From Zootoca vivipara (lineage: Eukaryota), in the NCBI RefSeq assembly GCF_963506605.1, contig NC_083277.1:92318001-92382000 (forward strand): 64,000 nucleotides of DNA, in the 5' to 3' direction. The position numbers and the translations under genes were made by a program. Under the pieces are notes generated by a model. It searched no databases, was not told the DNA's origin, and saw only the letters and a program-made list of their open reading frames with translations. Shown here one piece after another: positions 63,730 through 64,000 of this stretch (position 1 is the stretch's first letter; every line of letters begins with the position of its first letter).

Positions 63730-64000
63730 GGTGGAAGAGACCAAGTGTGGAGTTGGGCTCCGCACTCGGCTTTCTGCCAATGGTTGGCCTTCTCGCCCAT
63801 TGGCCTCCTCCAGTTGCCTGTATTATGAAGATCCAAGGGGTGCCGAGTTTGTCAGCAGGGTTGTGCTGAAGGACTGAATCTTCCGCACTCTGGCATGACC
63901 CTCTGAGGTGCCCGGTGCGCTAGTGCTGTGGTATGGTGTCGCATGTATGTGATATCATAAGCATGTTACATCATGTTACGTGTAGCGGGTCTGGGGCTCT

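Noticed and set aside
63429-63869. 116-135 aa ORFs near the window end
   Set aside because: They span a GC-rich hAT MITE with an 8-bp TSD; no protein similarity recognised.

Overview
Vertebrate (squamate, probably lacertid lizard) genomic DNA, inferred from Sauria SINEs, BovB, CR1, Rex/Babar, Penelope and hAT/Tc-mariner MITEs. The gene order matches human 17q25.1 in reverse: 5' end of SLC16A5 (-), an intact TRIM80-like RING/B-box/coiled-coil/PRY-SPRY gene (-), KCTD2 (-, 6 exons, 247 aa) head-to-head with ATP5PD (+, 161 aa), and tRNA-Arg(TCG). Beyond the tRNA is a complete 9-exon, ~442-aa 5-HT3-like Cys-loop channel gene (-) that I do not know from the human locus. It has lost key serotonin-site residues and has an unusual M2, so it is a candidate orphan ligand-gated channel. 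Other notable structures: a Penelope inverted-repeat insertion with two minimal hammerhead ribozyme motifs just downstream of the TRIM gene, several apparent Tc1/mariner excision footprints, an L1 reverse-transcriptase remnant split around a coding exon, and a near-perfect 31-bp hairpin in an ATP5PD intron. All exon coordinates were read by hand from splice signals; no database searches were run.
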